Shown: positions 29,923 through 44,966, numbered from the stretch's first letter. The stretch: 64,000 bases of DNA from the human T2T-CHM13v2.0 reference genome, Homo sapiens (GCF_009914755.1 NC_060932.1); one strand, 5' to 3'. The notes: a model not told the origin generated them from the sequence alone. Made by a program: numbers and translations.

Positions 29923-30699
29923 GTAAGTGTAAATAAATCAGAAAACATTGTAAATGTTTACATGATCACTTGAAAATGAAAAGAAAGAATGTTTAGGACA
30001 AAGTACATTCTTAGTTCTTTTGAACCAAAAATATTTCCACAAAGTATATAAAATGTACAAAAACAGCCAAACTGAGGCCCATCTGTCCTTAATTATAACA
30101 GAATAACATGAAAAGAAACCAAAAGACATGACCCAACCTGCTTCCTTGAATGGTAATGAAAACCCAGTGAAACATTCTTATTTTCTGCTTTCTACCGCAG
30201 TGGGCATCACATTCTAAAGGGATGAGAAATACAGCAATGTCGTTTATTTCTTAAAGCATGATTGTTTTTGTAACATGATTTGTAACTGGGCTAAACTTGT
30301 AGAATAAACTGGTACACTCTGACTCCACTTAGCTTCAGTTTTTAACTAAGCCTAGAAAATAAGAGAGTGAAGCATCACATTGCTATAATTAGGGTCTCTA
30401 AATATGTATGGTTTCAGAGATACTATATCATTATACAGTATGTACAAAGCTGGAATAAATACTAGGCTTTCTGAGCACAATGCTTATAAAACAACTAATT
30501 GCAATTTACCTTTGTTCTACTTGTGGGGTTTGTCTTAGTATCTGCCAACTGATTTCTTATTTATATAAATATCCTTTAAAAGTAAGATTTACTTTTGTCA
30601 CATCTGAAAAAATTGCAGTGGCCAAATAAAGGTATATTTTAGCTAACTGCATTTAATTTGTCACTGTGAGAACATGATCTGAAAGTGGAGATTTAATGT

Positions 30700-31145
30700 T
30701 TTAAAAATTTTTGTAGGTACATAGTAGGTATATATATTTATGGGTTGCATGAGATGTTTTGATACAGGCATGCAACACATAATAATCACGTCATGGAAAA
30801 TGGGATATCTATCCCCTCAAGCATTTATCCATGATGTTACACACAATCCAATTATACTATTTTACTTATTTAAAGTGTACAATTAAATTACTATTGAATA
30901 GTCGCCCTGTTGCACTATCAAATACTAGGCCTTATTCATTCTTTCTAACTATATTTTTGTGACACCATGCGATGTTTGTCTTTCTGTGCCTGGCTTATTT
31001 CACTTAACAAAATGATCTCCATTTCCATACATGTTGCTGCAAATAACTGAATTTCATTCTTTTTTAACGGCTAACTAGTACTCCATTGTGTATAAGTACC
31101 ATATTTTTCTTAACCATTCATCTGTTGATGAACACTTGGGTTGGA
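30700..31145 (-). mobile_element. L1MA-type 3' end
   Basis: taggtatatatatttatggg...catgagatgttttgatacaggcatgcaa; tctttctgtgcctggcttatttcacttaac. Confidence 0.85.
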
Positions 31146-31489
31146 TATTTTATTTTTTTCCAACTATTGCTGCCTGGTGAACTGATAGGGACCAGAAATT
31201 TACAAATATGCAGAATTTTTTTTTTTTTGTCCTTGGAACTTGTTCTTATTTGTGGATGTTAAGTGAAGGAAAAACAAACTATTGTTGATTTGGTTTTAAA
31301 TAATTCATGGGTAAATGAAGCCACAAACTGTAAATTACAAAGGCTTTCAGAAGGGCAGAGTGAGACACTCAGGGACATTGGTGGCAGAGAGTGCAGAGGT
31401 GAGCTTCATGAGATCACACACGGCCGTAGGCAAGGTGGGCATGGGGAGGACTTGAGATGGCACAAGGATCCATCTTAGGGATGTGTGTG

Positions 31490-32255
31490 CCCATGAAGCA
31501 TGGAAATAAAGGAAAATCTTGAGTTCCTTCAAGGTAAATTCCAGGCATCTAGCTAGCCATGAAAAGTAAATGACTACCTTAATAAGTAAGGAGATAATAG
31601 TAACTTAAAAATAATGGCAGAGGAAGTTAGAGTAAGGAGATATTTTGTTTCCTATGGAAACTAAAGTAACGTCTTAACATACTCTGAGTTGTTTTTCAGG
31701 AACCTGGACCCCTACCACATGAATCCACTGGCTGGCACATAGACCTCAGATAAGGAGGTACTAAAGACTGAACGCTGATGGCTGTTTTCCTTCTAAACTT
31801 CTTCCCAAAGGGCCTCAAGGAGGTCATGCCCACGAGCCAGAGCTAACATTCTTTTCTGCTGACCCCAAAATTTTAAACAAAGCTTCTCTTCCTTGATCAA
31901 TTGCAAATCAGAAAATCTTTGAATTTACCTATGACCTGTAAGCCACCCCTGCACCCCCCACCACCCACGACCCCCACTTTAAGATATCCCACCCTTTTAG
32001 GCCAAAACTAATCTGTAACCTCCAGGTATTGGTTTGCAATTTTGCCTGCAGTTTCTGCTTTCCTGAAATTAAACCCTGCCTTTAAAAATCCTTACCTGCA
32101 AACCACTAGGGAGGTCAGAGTTTGAGCATTAGCTACCTGGTGCTCCTTGCTTGGCACCCGGCAAATAAATGCCTTCCTTTTCCCCACTGCAAACTCGGTG
32201 TGGTTATCTGGTCTTACTGTGCTGGGTGAGTGGACCCCAGTTCAGTTCTATAACA
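31490..32255 (+). mobile_element. ERV1-class solo LTR
   Basis: ggaaataaaggaaaatcttgagttccttcaagg...aataaatgccttcc...ggaccccagttcagttctataaca. Confidence 0.75.
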
Positions 32256-32609
32256 GGCTGGGCTGGGTAAACCTTCCCATATTTGAATGGTAGGAGAATA
32301 CTTATTCATCAACCGTTAAAGATCCAACATAGGAAGAAAAAATTAGTCCTTATTTTGTCTGTCTTGTCAGATTGTGGAGAGGGTCAAGCAAGTGTCAGGT
32401 GAGTTGTGTGTGTGTATGTGTGTGCGTGTGCATACTCACTAGGGTTGGGGGTGTGGTGAGGGTAGGTTAGAAGAAATAACTTAATTCAAATACCACAGGA
32501 TATGCAGGTAGAAACAGTATGTGAGAATCAGTAAGGTGTTCTCTGAAATTTGACCAGTGGTATCCTGGATGATGTAGACCGTAGACTGTGCAGTGTCCAG
32601 TTCTTTTAT

Positions 32610-32850
32610 TAAGTACATGGGGTCTGTAGTCACACTTCCTGGGGCAAAATCCTGCCTCTTATGTTTTTGACCTTCGGCAAGTTACCTCACCTCGCAAAAC
32701 CTGTTTCCTCACCGGTAAAATGGGAACAATCACAGTACTTATGTCATAAGATTGAAATGAGAATTCAATGACAGTCTGGATTAAACACTTAGTACGTGGC
32801 TTGGCATGGAGAAAATGCTTCATAAATGGTAGTTCCTATAATGACATTTT
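32610..32850 (+). mobile_element. MIR
   Basis: tgaccttcggcaagttacctcacctc...ctgtttcctcaccggtaaaatgggaacaat. Confidence 0.75.
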
Positions 32851-32899
32851 TATTAGTGTTATTTATATTCTGCATTTGTCAGAAAAAGTGTTCTGCTTT

Positions 32900-33409
32900 T
32901 GTATTAGTCTGAGTTCTCTACAGAAACTATATATATATATACACACATATAACTATATATACACATGTATATACACATATATATATACATAACTAAATTG
33001 CATTGGTCATGCAGTTCCTTGGAGGCTAAGAACTCCAAGATCTGCAATTCATGCTGGAGGGTCAGGAGAGCTGGTGATATAGTTCAGCCCCAGGTTCAAC
33101 GACCTGAGAACTAAGACAGTCAATAGTATAAGCTCTAGATCTAGTCCAAGTCCAAGTCTGAAGGCAAAGACCGGTGTTCCAGCTCCAAGACAGTCAGGCA
33201 GGGAAAAAGAATTCTTTCTTACTCAGATTTTTATTTTATTCAGGCATTCAACAGATTGGATGAATGTTTTACTGCTTTACTCAATGTAATGTTTCCAATG
33301 TCAATCTCATCCAGAAATACCCCCAGAGACATACTCAGAGATAATATCTAACCAAATATCTGGGCACTCTGTGGTCCAGTCAAGTCAATCCATAAAATTG
33401 ACCACCACA
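32900..33409 (-). mobile_element. MLT2 (ERVL) LTR with internal (TA)n expansion
   Basis: tgtattagtctgagttctctacagaaac ... ccagtcaagtcaatccataaaattgaccaccaca. Confidence 0.85.
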
Positions 33410-33499
33410 ATCATTATCACTTTCTTCATCCTGCCTTCTTAGTGTTACTTTGTTGCTTTTTCTAGCTTCTTGTACTACTTTATTTGCTTACTTATTTTA

Positions 33500-33667
<168 letters not shown>

Positions 33668-33939
33668 CTATACATTTTATCTAATAACTATTTTGTGACT
33701 ACACCCATAAGATTTAATGTCATGATTTTTCTTTTATTTTCTAACAGTCTGTAACCAGTTTTTTTCATATTTGTTATTAAGGTGATTTTATTTTTATTTA
33801 CTTATTTTGCATATATTTTTGCACCCCAGAGAAAGTGGCTTGTACAAGTTCTAGTTTTGGGAATTTCTTGAGGCTGTCGCTTAGTGTATAATAATAATTG
33901 CATTTATTTTTAAAAGTACTATTTAGATATATTTTTAAA

Positions 33940-34110
33940 AGTTTTTCATGTGTGAATTTTATTTAATTCTTACAACAATCCTATAATGTAGATATGATTA
34001 TTATCCTAATTATACAAATGAGGACATTGAAGTTCAGAGAGGTTCACTAACTTACTCAAGAGTGCACAGTATTAAGAGTGAATAGTAAGCCCAAGTTAAG
34101 AGCCAGATTA
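33940..34110 (-). mobile_element. MIR
   Basis: tcttacaacaatcctat...tgaagttcagagaggttcactaacttactcaag. Confidence 0.7.
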
Positions 34111-34160
34111 AAGATCAGACAAATAGACAATGACCCAGGGCACCAAGCTATGAAGTGTGA

Positions 34161-34606
34161 TGTGTTAGTTAGCTAAGATTGCCATAGCAAAGTGCTGCAA
34201 ACCGGGTGGCTTAAACAACAGAAATGCATCATCTCACAGTTCTGGAGGCTGGAAATCCAAGATCAATGTATTAACCGGTTTGGTTTCTTGTGAGGCTGCA
34301 AGGGAAGGATCTTTTCCATGTCTGTGTCCCATCTGCTGATTGCTTCCCACCAGTCTTTGGTATCACTTGGCTTGGAGAAGGATTATCTTTGCCTTCATCT
34401 TCACATGGCATTCCCCCTGTGTGTGCCTGTTCAAATTCCGCCCCCCTCCCTTTTAAAAATAAAGCCACCAATCATATCAGATCAGGGCCCACCCCAGTGA
34501 CTTCATTTTAACTAATTGAATTTGCCAAAATCCAACTTCCAAGTAAGGTCATTTTCTGAGGTTCTGTGAGCTAGAACTTTTAACATATACAATTCAACCC
34601 ATAACA
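34161..34606 (-). mobile_element. MaLR LTR (MLT1C-like)
   Basis: gggtggcttaaacaacagaaat...tctcacagttctggaggctgg...caattcaacccataaca. Confidence 0.85.
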
Positions 34607-35059
34607 AGTGATAAGTCCCCATAGGAATAAATTGAAAATCAGTTTGCGGGTAATTTTTGTTTCCACTCAGAACTTCCTAAGAAACTGATGAGCTAGCTGC
34701 AACCTGGTACTGTTCTGACAGAAGAGACAGAACTTTGAGACAGCATTAAAAACAAACAAACAAGCAAACAAAACTCCTTTCCAGTGCCAGTCTGTCTCTT
34801 CTACCTTTTTTTCTTTGTGGCAGGCATATGCAAGTTATTGGATCTAACTATGGACAATGCCACTATCTCCCAGAGTAACTAGTTGGTTTGTGTCTGAGAC
34901 TGAAGGCAACATCAGCTAACATTTTGAAACTAAATAAGGTGTTGTGCTATTTATTAATAAGAATCCTTGTACTTTGTAAAATAAATTTGCACATTTCAAT
35001 ATTTTTCGTGAGAAACTATCTGGTCATAATATCAGATTTAAAAATGAAACCGAATAACA

Positions 35060-35960
35060 AAGACATAGAATTAACCTAGGTGTCCATCAATGGTGGATTG
35101 GATAAAGAAAGTTTGGTACATGTACACCATGGAATACAACCCAGCCATAAACAAGGTTAAAATCATGTCCTTTGCAGCAAAATGAATGCAGCTGGAGGCC
35201 ATTATATTAAGTGAATTAACACAAGAACCAAAAACCAATTACCACATGTTCTTATGGATAAGTGGGAGCTAACCAGTGGGACATGAACACAAAGATGGCA
35301 ATAATACACACTGGGGATTACTGGAAAGGGGAGGGAGGAAGCGGAGCAAGGGTTTAAAACCTAACTGTTGCATATTATGCTTATTACCTCAGTGACAGGA
35401 TCATTTGCATCCCAAACCTCAGCATCACACAATATCCCCAGGGGATACATGTGCCCCCGAATCTAAAATGAAAGTTGAAAGAAAAATGAAAATGAAAGTC
35501 ACGTATACCCAACAGAAATGAACATCTGTGTTCACCAAAATGTGTGCTCTGAAATGTTCATAATTGCACCATTTTAAACTGGAAACAACCCAAATTCTAT
35601 CAACAGAAAATGGATAAACGACACGACGACTATCACGACCATAATGATGAGCAAAAGAACTCACATGCACAATGTATGGGTTTTACCCATCTAAGTATCA
35701 AAAGTATGATTTCACTCATCTAAACATCAAAACAGGGACAATGACTTGATGGACCTCAGAGGAGCATTTATCCTCAGAGGATGCTATGACTGTGAGGGAC
35801 ATGAGCAGTGGCTCTGGGGTATTGGTAATTTTCTGGTTTTTATTCTGGTCGCTCACTATATGGTATATTCAGTTTGTGAAAATTCATTGATTTGCACCCT
35901 TATGACAATGGATACTTTCATTTAAATATATTATGCTTCAATAGAAAGTTAAAAGTAAAT
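35060..35960 (+). mobile_element. L1PB/MA 3' end (to ~35495) followed by an older L1M 3' fragment
   Basis: caatggtggattggataaagaaa...ccaaacctcagcatcacacaatat; then ggaaacaacccaaatt...tttgtgaaaattcattga. Confidence 0.8.
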
Positions 35961-36496
35961 GCAAATATTAAATCTTTAATTGTTTTGTTTTCATAAAAGC
36001 ATGGAGTTGCATTTTTATTCCCGCATATGAAAACTTTTAAAAATAGCACATCTCTCCACCCTCACAATGAAGAAACAGAAAAAATATTCAAAAGGAAAGA
36101 ATCAAGCATTTATCTTGACTTCTCCGTGTGAGCAGCATGACTGGGTAACCAAATAGGAGAAGAGGGGAAGCATCTCTTTATATGTGTTTTATCTAATAAA
36201 CGAAAAAGAAATGATGGAATTGGAAATCACCGTTTGGCAACCACCAATGAATGAATGGATCTAAGCACTGGGCACCAACAGCTGCTAAGATCACAGAAGG
36301 AGAGACAACCAGATGGATGCTGGTGAAAGTGTGCAACATCACATGGTCTTGCCAAAGGACTTGAACCTGAGTCTGGATCCAGCCTCTGGACTCAGCTGCC
36401 AATCTGCAAGAAATCCAGAGGGCAGAGGAACTGCACTATGAGTATGCAATTAACAGAATGAAACTGTGGAATATTCCAAATGCCCTGGATTTCTCA

Positions 36497-36820
<324 letters not shown>

Positions 36821-37547
36821 AAAGTAAATTGTAGGAAAAAAAAGAGATGGAGGAGAAATTTGTGGATTAAAATGGGATAAAATGTTAGCTTTTAAAAAAA
36901 CGAGCAAGATTAAACATAGTCTCTAGGAATGGACATTGGGGTGATCTGTATAAAAGGAGAGTAGTTACTTTTAGGGGAAGCGAGGGGATCATGAGAGACA
37001 CAGGCCACATGTCCTTACCTGGGTGTTGGTAAGAAAAGTACGTTGTAACTCATTAGGGTTTGCATTTGTTTGGTAGGGCCTTCTGTATTTGTGTTTGTTT
37101 TACAATAAAATATTTTAAAGTAAATAAAATTATTTCTAAAAATATTTAGCTCCCCTATTGTTCTTTGAAAATAAGACTGCTGACTATTTACCTAAATGTG
37201 TCCTTTTTTGGTGTTCTTTACATATACAGAATGTGCCTTTCCAGTTTGTTTTCAAAAGCAATTTTTAAAATGATACCGTGGTTAGTAAGAAAGCTTCCTG
37301 AGCTGCACATTAATTTTGTTGTTTAGTAAATGGTAATTGACCTAAAATTCTTTCAGGCATTAAATGCCACTTAATTCAGCAATATTTGGAATCTTTTTCT
37401 GTATTAATGTTTATTATTAATCGCATTTAAAGCATGCAAATATAAATCATTCTGGCTGTACAGGAAGGAGGTAGTTACAAAGAAAAACAAAGGACTTTGA
37501 GCAGTTACTTCTATGATAATTTGTGCTTTGAGCTCTGGAATGGCTGA

Positions 37548-37913
<366 letters not shown>

Positions 37914-37984
37914 TAATTTAAAATTCAAATGACAAATTCTTCCTTCTGGATTTATCTCACATATATATATATACATATATATAT

Positions 37985-38720
37985 ATATTTTTAAACTACA
38001 CTTTTATTGAGATGTAATTTCTATACCACAAAGTTTACCCTCTCAAGGTGTATGATTCAGTGGTTTTTAGTATATCCACAAAATTGCGAACCCATCATCA
38101 CTAATTCCTGAATATTTCCATCACCCCAAAAGGAAACCCTATATCCATCCTTAGCATTCACTTCCCATTCCTCCTTTTCCCCAGACTCTGGCAAATACTA
38201 ACCAACTTTCTAGTCTACGGATTTGTTTATTCTGGACATTTCATGTAAATACAATCATACAACATGTGGCCTTTTAAGTCTGGCTTCTTTCACTTCACTT
38301 AAGCTTTTATGGTTTATCCATGTTCTAGCATGTATTGGTACTTTATTTCCTTTTATTGTTGAATAACTTTCCATTTTATTTATCTATTTATCTATTGATG
38401 AACATTTGGATTGTTTTCACCTTTTGGCTATTGTTAATAATACTGCTATGGACATTTGTGTACAGGTTTTTGCAAGGACATGTTTTCAAACCTTTTGGAT
38501 ATATACCTAGGAGTGGAATTGCTGGGTCATATGGTAGTTCTACCTTTAACTTTTTTAGGAACTGGCAAAATATTTTCCATGTGACTGCACCATTTCATAT
38601 TCCCACCAAAAATGTATGAGGGTTCTAATTTCTCCATATCTCAGGCAGCATTTGTTATTATTTATCTTTTGATTACAACTATGCTAATAACTATGAAGTG
38701 GTATCTCATTGTGGCTATTT
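37985..38720 (-). mobile_element. L1MB-type 3' end
   Basis: tattctggacatttcatgtaaat...tatatacctaggagtggaattgctgggtcatatgg. Confidence 0.85.
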
Positions 38721-38780
38721 TTAAGAAAACACAAAAACACATCCTGAAAAATCCTATAACAAAATCAACATTCATGGTAA

Positions 38781-39366
38781 TGATACAGGAGTTAAGAAGA
38801 AATTAGTTAGGCAGATAGTGAAGGTATGGAAGTCCTTGGTAAAGTTTTTCTTTTTATGAAAAGCAGCCCCAAATTATTTTCCTTTCTAACAAAGAGCAAC
38901 CTGTAAAATGGAGCTGCAGACACAAGTACAGGCAGTTACAGCCAATCATGTTCAAGATGGCAGCTCCACCTTCCCTTCTCTTTGTCAGCCACGTGTACAG
39001 TAAGGAGGAGACAAGATGGTGCCCGGCCAAAGGGAAAGTTCATTTGCATAATAAAATTAGGGTGAAGAAGCTAGCCTTCCCAGCACTATGTAAATGTCAT
39101 ACATAATGGAACCAATCTTTGAGCCCCATGTAAATCAGACACCGCCTCCTCAAATCTGACTACAAAATCCAGGGCATTCACTGGTGGCCTGTCTTTTCCT
39201 CTCGAAGTCCCCTCACACTAGAGAGAGAGCTGTTTCCCTTTCTCTTTCTTTTGCCTATTAAACCCCGCTCCTAAAATCCTCGTGTGTGTCTGTGTCCTAA
39301 ATTTTCCTGGTGCGGGATGACGTACCCAGGGTATTTACCTCAGACAATGTAGAGGTAGCCCCTTCA
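38781..39366 (+). mobile_element. ERV1-class solo LTR
   Basis: TG...CA termini, attaaa poly(A) signal, perfect 4-bp TSD gtaa (38777-38780 / 39367-39370). Confidence 0.85.
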
Positions 39367-40432
39367 GTAACATCACATGTAGGCAAGCCAGAATGCACAG
39401 AGAAGCAAACCTGTCATCAGATCCTCAATCCCATGGGATGGTCACATAACCCAAGATAGGGCACCTAACTGACAGTCTCCTGGGGTCCTCTGAAGGGAAC
39501 ATCTGTTTGCATTGGCATCATGGGTTAATTATGGGTATTATGGGTCTCCTGAGTTACTAGAGACAGCCATGCTTAAAGTCAGTTTTACCCACGGGTAATT
39601 TAATTACATGAGACAACAAATTCTCCTTTGTTGTTGTTTATATCAAATAGTTTTTGTTTGTTTGTTTGTTTGAACTAGTTTAAATTTGGCTTCTCTCACT
39701 TTTAACTAAAAGTCCTGAGCAATACAGCCTTCTTTTAAAAGCTTAAAAGTGGAATTTCTCATATAGTTTCTACTGCATGAGAAGAAATGGCTTCTAATTT
39801 TTATGCATGTAAATTAAATACTATTTTCCTTTTAAATAATAAAGGGTAAATTTATTATTTAACAAACACTATGTATTTCCTTCTCAATTTAGCATTCACC
39901 TAGCAGTACACCAAACTCCACCAAACTTCTCAACAAATTCCCTAAAAGACAACACAAAAGACAAAAATTTACACTCTCACTAAAACTTAAAGTTCACAGA
40001 CAACTGTCAAAATCTGGAGAAATTTCCAGATAAATTATAAAGCAATTCGGAAAAATTCTCCAAGGCTAATTGTACCCTCCCATGTTGCTTTAATAAAATA
40101 AACTACACACAAAAAGTAAGGAAATTGTCTGTACATCTTCAACAACATGCTCCTTCAATTAAAGGCCTGGAATCTGTACTATTAACAATGGAGGCTGCTT
40201 TCTCCTCTACTCCATGAGTTGTACCATGAGGCAGGCAGAATGCTGCATACTAACATCGTTCCCTTAATACTTCATTTGTAAACTCATCAGAAGAATTCAC
40301 CTGCACACACACACAAGAAAAATTCCTGAAAGCCTCCAGACAGAAAAAGTAGGCGATTTACAAAGGCCAAAAAATTGTTCATTTTCAATCTTCTCCTGAT
40401 GTAACATAAAATGCCAGAAGCAATAAAATACA

Positions 40433-40728
40433 ACCAAACACCGTCTGTTCTCACTCATAAGTGGGAGTTGAACAATTAGAACACATGGACACAGGGAGGG
40501 GAACATTACACACTGGGGCCTGTCGGGGTTGGGCGGGGGGGTGGCTAGGAGAGGGATAGCTTTAGGAGAAATATCTAACGTAGATGACGGGTTGATAGGT
40601 GCAGCAAACCACCATGGCACGTGTATACATATGTAACAAACCTGGACATTCTGCACATGTACCACAGAACTTAAAGTATAATAATAATAATAATAATAAT
40701 AATAAAACTAAAGAAAAAAAAAGAAAGA
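40433..40728 (+). mobile_element. 5'-truncated L1PA 3' end with (TAA)n/A tail
   Basis: tgttctcactcataagtgggagttgaacaa...ggtgcagcaaaccaccatggcac...agaacttaaagtataataat. Confidence 0.93.
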
Positions 40729-40736
40729 AGGAGCCC

Positions 40737-41060
40737 TGAGATAGCCAAGTATAAATGGGTCCCTGGAGAATCTCCAACCAACCTCCGCACTGGGAGGATG
40801 GGGCAGGGCCTCAGGAAGCTGGTGCAGTTTGCACCGAGGAGGAGCCTTACCACTCCTGTTCCTGTGTGGTAAACCGAGATTCAATCTGTGAGATGGGGGC
40901 CTGTTAACAGGAGCCCCTATCGTTTTGCTGAGAGTCTTTTTCCTTTTCACCCAATAAGTTCCAGTTTTCTCACCCTTCTATGTGTCCGTGAGCCTAATCT
41001 TTCCTGGTCATGTGTCAAGAACCCGGATTTTAGCTGAACTGAGTAGAAAGTCCTACAACA
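40737..41060 (+). mobile_element. ERV1 solo LTR, MER61-like
   Basis: TGAGA...CAACA termini; perfect 4-bp TSD gccc. Confidence 0.85.
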
Positions 41061-41084
41061 GCCCCTTAATCTTTGCAATTCGAA

Positions 41085-41222
41085 GTATTTTTCCATGGAC
41101 TCAAGAATTGAACACTTGGAGCATGTTAGAAATGCAGAATCTGAGGCCCCACCCGAGACTCCTTGTATCTTAACAAGATCCTGAACAACTTGTATGCACA
41201 ATGCAATATGTGAAATACTGGT
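41085..41222. mobile_element. MER5A hAT MITE fragment
   Basis: tgttagaaatgcagaatctgaggccccaccc...ttaacaagatcc. Confidence 0.75.
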
Positions 41223-41369
41223 CTAAAAACCACACAGAAAACATGTGCTTCACATCAAGGCATATAGTCGTTCTGTTCATTTCGGCAGAAAACTCCTGTC
41301 ACTAAGATATGACATGTCCTCAAGGCATGACAGACTTAGGGAGAATGAGTTCTAAATTAATATATTGAA

Positions 41370-43530
41370 GTGAAAGTACTCAAAGGGATATACAGATTCA
41401 ATGCAATCCCCATCAAAATTCCGATGGCATTATTTTCAGAAATAGAAAAAACAACCTTAAAATTCATATAGAACTACAAAAGACCCCCAACAGCCAAAGC
41501 AATCTTGAGAAAGACGAACTAAGCGGGTGTTAACACACTTTCTGATTTCAAAATATGTTACAAATTTTCAGTAATTAAAACATCATGGGGCCGGGATAAA
41601 GACAGACACATAGACCAAGGGAACAGAATAGAGAGCTCAGAAATAAACTAACATATGTATAGTCAACTGATCAACAACGGTGTCAAAAACACACATTGGG
41701 GAAAAACAGTCTAACAACGTTGGGAAAACTGGACATACACACGCAAAAGAATGAAACTGGACCTTTATCTTAGACCCTACACAAAAATCAACTCAAAAAT
41801 GGAGTAAAGACTTAAATATAAGATCTAAAATGGTAAAATTCCTTAATGAAAATATTCGTCAGTTGTTCTTGGCATTGTTCTTGGTAATGATTTCTTGGAT
41901 CTAACACCAAAAGCACAGACAACAAAGCCAATGTAGACAAATGGGACTATATCAAACTAAAAACTTCTGCACAGCAAAGGATGTAATCAACAGAGCAAAA
42001 AGGCAACCTGTGGAATGGAAGAAAATATTTACAAATCATATATCTGATAAAGGGTTAATATCTAAAATATGTAAGAATCTCCTACAATTCAATGATTTTT
42101 AAAAAATGAAAACTGCTTTGTAAACCAAAAAATATCTGAGACAGGTCTCAGTCAATTTAGAAGTTTATTTTGCCAAGGTTAAGGACATGCCTGGAAAAAG
42201 GAACACAAATCCAGAGGAGCGATAGGTGGGCTGTGCCTGTTTCCAAAGATTTTGAGGGTTTAATATTTAAAGGAGAAAATCAGGCTGGAGGGAAAAAGGG
42301 GAGGCTATGGTCACATTACTGAATCCACACGTTGCAAGAGAAAGGAGCAGATAGGGGAATAATTAATTATGTATTTGTCTTGCGCTCAGTGAATCAGCAC
42401 ATCACGTAAGACAAGGCAACCAGAAAGTTGCTACCTGTGGAGATATTTAACCTTTTATCTGTAGCTATCTGCTTAGGAACAAAAGGAAAGGCAGTTTCTT
42501 GCATGACTCAGCTTTGGATTTATTTTCGTTTCTCAACTTGAACAGACATTTCTCCGAAGAAGACATACAAATAGCCAACAAGTATATAAAAAGATGCTCA
42601 ACATCATTAACCATCACCAAAATCCAAATCAAAGCCACAGTGAGATATAACCTCATACCTGTTAGAATGGCTACTATGAAAAACAAAGCAAAAAGTAACA
42701 AACGGAGAAACGGGAACCCTTGTACACTATTGGAAATGTGGATTGGTTGAGCTACTATGGAAAAACGGCATGGAGTTTCCTCAAAGAATAAAAAATAGTA
42801 ATACTATATGATCCAACAATCCTACTGCTAGGTTTATTTCCAAAGAAAATTGAAATCAGGATCTCAGAAGATATCTGCATCCCTACATTTATTGCAACAT
42901 TATTCACAAATGTCAAAATATGTAAACAACCCAAAAATTGATCAACAGATGAATGGACAAAGAAAATATGGTATATACATATGGTGGAATACTATTCAGC
43001 TATGAAAAATAAGCAAATCCTTCCATTAGGGACAATATGGATAAACCTAGAGAACATGATGCTAAGTGAAATAGGACAGACATGAAAAGGACAAGTCCTG
43101 CATGATTGCTTTTACATGAGGTATCTAAAATAGTCAAATTCACAGAAGCAGAGACTAGAACAATCGGTTGCCAAGGGATGGGGGAGAGGGAAATGGGAAA
43201 CTATTGTTCAATGGGTATGAAGTTTCAGGTACACAAGATGAATACGTTCTAGAGATCTGTAGTACAACATAGTACCATATTTAACAATGCGACATTGTGC
43301 TGTTTAAAATATGTTAAGAAGAAAAATCTCAGGTTAAGTGCCGGTACTACAAAAAACAAAATAAAACAAAATAAATAAACAAACAAAAGTCCACAAAAAA
43401 GCACAAGGAAATCTTTGTCAGAGACAGATCTGTTTAGTACCTTGACTATGGTAATGGTATCGTGAGTGTATGCATACGCCCCAAAACATCAAAATGTATA
43501 CATTAAATAGTGCAATTAAACAAAAAAAAC
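41370..43530 (+). mobile_element. L1MA/MB ORF2 3' part and 3' UTR, split by a MER4-like LTR
   Basis: tacagattcaatgcaatccccatcaaaattcc...; track ORF 42499-42750 LNRHFSEEDIQIANK. Confidence 0.9.
42119..42535 (-). mobile_element. MER4-like ERV1 LTR
   Basis: tgtaaacc...tctgagacaggtctcagtcaatttagaagtttattttgccaaggttaagg. Confidence 0.8.
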
Positions 43531-43689
43531 ACTGGGCACTGCAGCACTTCATAACCCCCTCCTTTATAAAATATTCTTCGTGAAAAAATGAATAATTATA
43601 AATGAAAAAAGAGAAAGAAATGAGTGATAGATCCTATGCATTATAAACTACTATTAAAAAGGGGAAGCATGAATTAAAATTGAAAGGCA

Positions 43690-44430
43690 AGTAATTAACA
43701 CAAAGCAGAAGACAAATGTGGCCTCAAAATAGAAGAAAGTTTTAAAAACATTGGAGATTTGAGAGAAATTAAAGAAACATGGCTTCACTTAAAGAAGACT
43801 TATAAGGAGAGGTATAGCAGACCAAGAGAGAGATGCTAAGTCCACAAAAGGCAACGAAAAAGTGAGCTGGCAGAGTTAAAAAAGGAAATGAAAAAGAAAG
43901 AGAAAACATTATGTAAATTAAAGCCACATTTTAAGGAGTATTGAATTAAATTAAAATGTGAAGCTCAAAACACAGTAAGATTGAAAAGATTAAAAATTGT
44001 CTTAACTAAAATTTACTCAAGTCTTAATACTGAAGAAGTACATGATGTTCTAGAACACTGTAAACAGAATGATACCCACTGATCCACATCTTTGTCATGT
44101 TTCTGGACCTCAAGAATGAAGAAAGAATTTCACAAACATTCAGGATAAGTCATGTTTAAGAAATGAAAAGATCAACCTGGCCTCAGACTAACAGAAGACA
44201 CTCAATGGCAGAAGATACTGGAACAACTGAAAAATTGGGAGGGAGAGAGACTATGCCCCTAGAATTTTACACTGAGCTAAGCTGTCCTTCAACAGACTAG
44301 CCTTCTGGCATGCAGGAATCTAAGAAATGGAGCACACATAAATATTTCTTTAAGGAAAGATCACAGAAAGACAAAATCCAACAAACCAATAAATAATTTA
44401 AAATTAAGAACTCAGAAACATAAAGGCTAT
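43690..44430 (+). mobile_element. Diverged L1M ORF1-region fragment
   Basis: A-rich; ctggcctcagact...cctagaattttacactgagctaagct. Confidence 0.55.
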
Positions 44431-44556
44431 GGTGGTCACTTTAGGGTTCACTCTTGGGCTTCTACAGTCTGTGGGTTTGGACAAATTTATAATGGTATAT
44501 TTTTACCATTACAGTATCATACCCATCCACGGATTTTTAAAATTTAATAACAACAT

Positions 44557-44966
44557 TTTATTAGGCCATTCTCACACCACTATAAAGAAATATCTGAGAC
44601 TGGGTAATTTATTTAAAAAACAGTGGTTTAATTGGCTCACGGTTCTGCAGGCTGTACAGGAAGCATAGTGCTGGCATCTGCTCATCTTCTGGGGAGGCCT
44701 CAGGAAACTTGCAATTATGGCAGAAGGTGAAGGGGAAACAGACATGTCTTACATGATCACAGCAGGAGCAAGGGAGAGAGGGAGGGCAGGTGCTACATAC
44801 ATTTAACCACATCTCGCGACAACTCACTCACTATCAGGAGAACAGCACCAAGGGGGAAATCGACCCTCATGATCCAATCACCTCCCAGCAGGCCCCACGT
44901 CCCACATTGGAGATTACAATTCGACATGATATTTGGGTGGGGACACAGATCCAAATCATATCTAAC
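44557..44966 (-). mobile_element. MSTA/B MaLR LTR
   Basis: ctataaagaaatatctgagactgggtaattta...tttgggtggggacacagatccaaatcatat. Confidence 0.9.

Noticed and set aside
40515-40560. G-quadruplex-like tract
   Set aside because: Standard G-rich segment of the L1PA 3' UTR.
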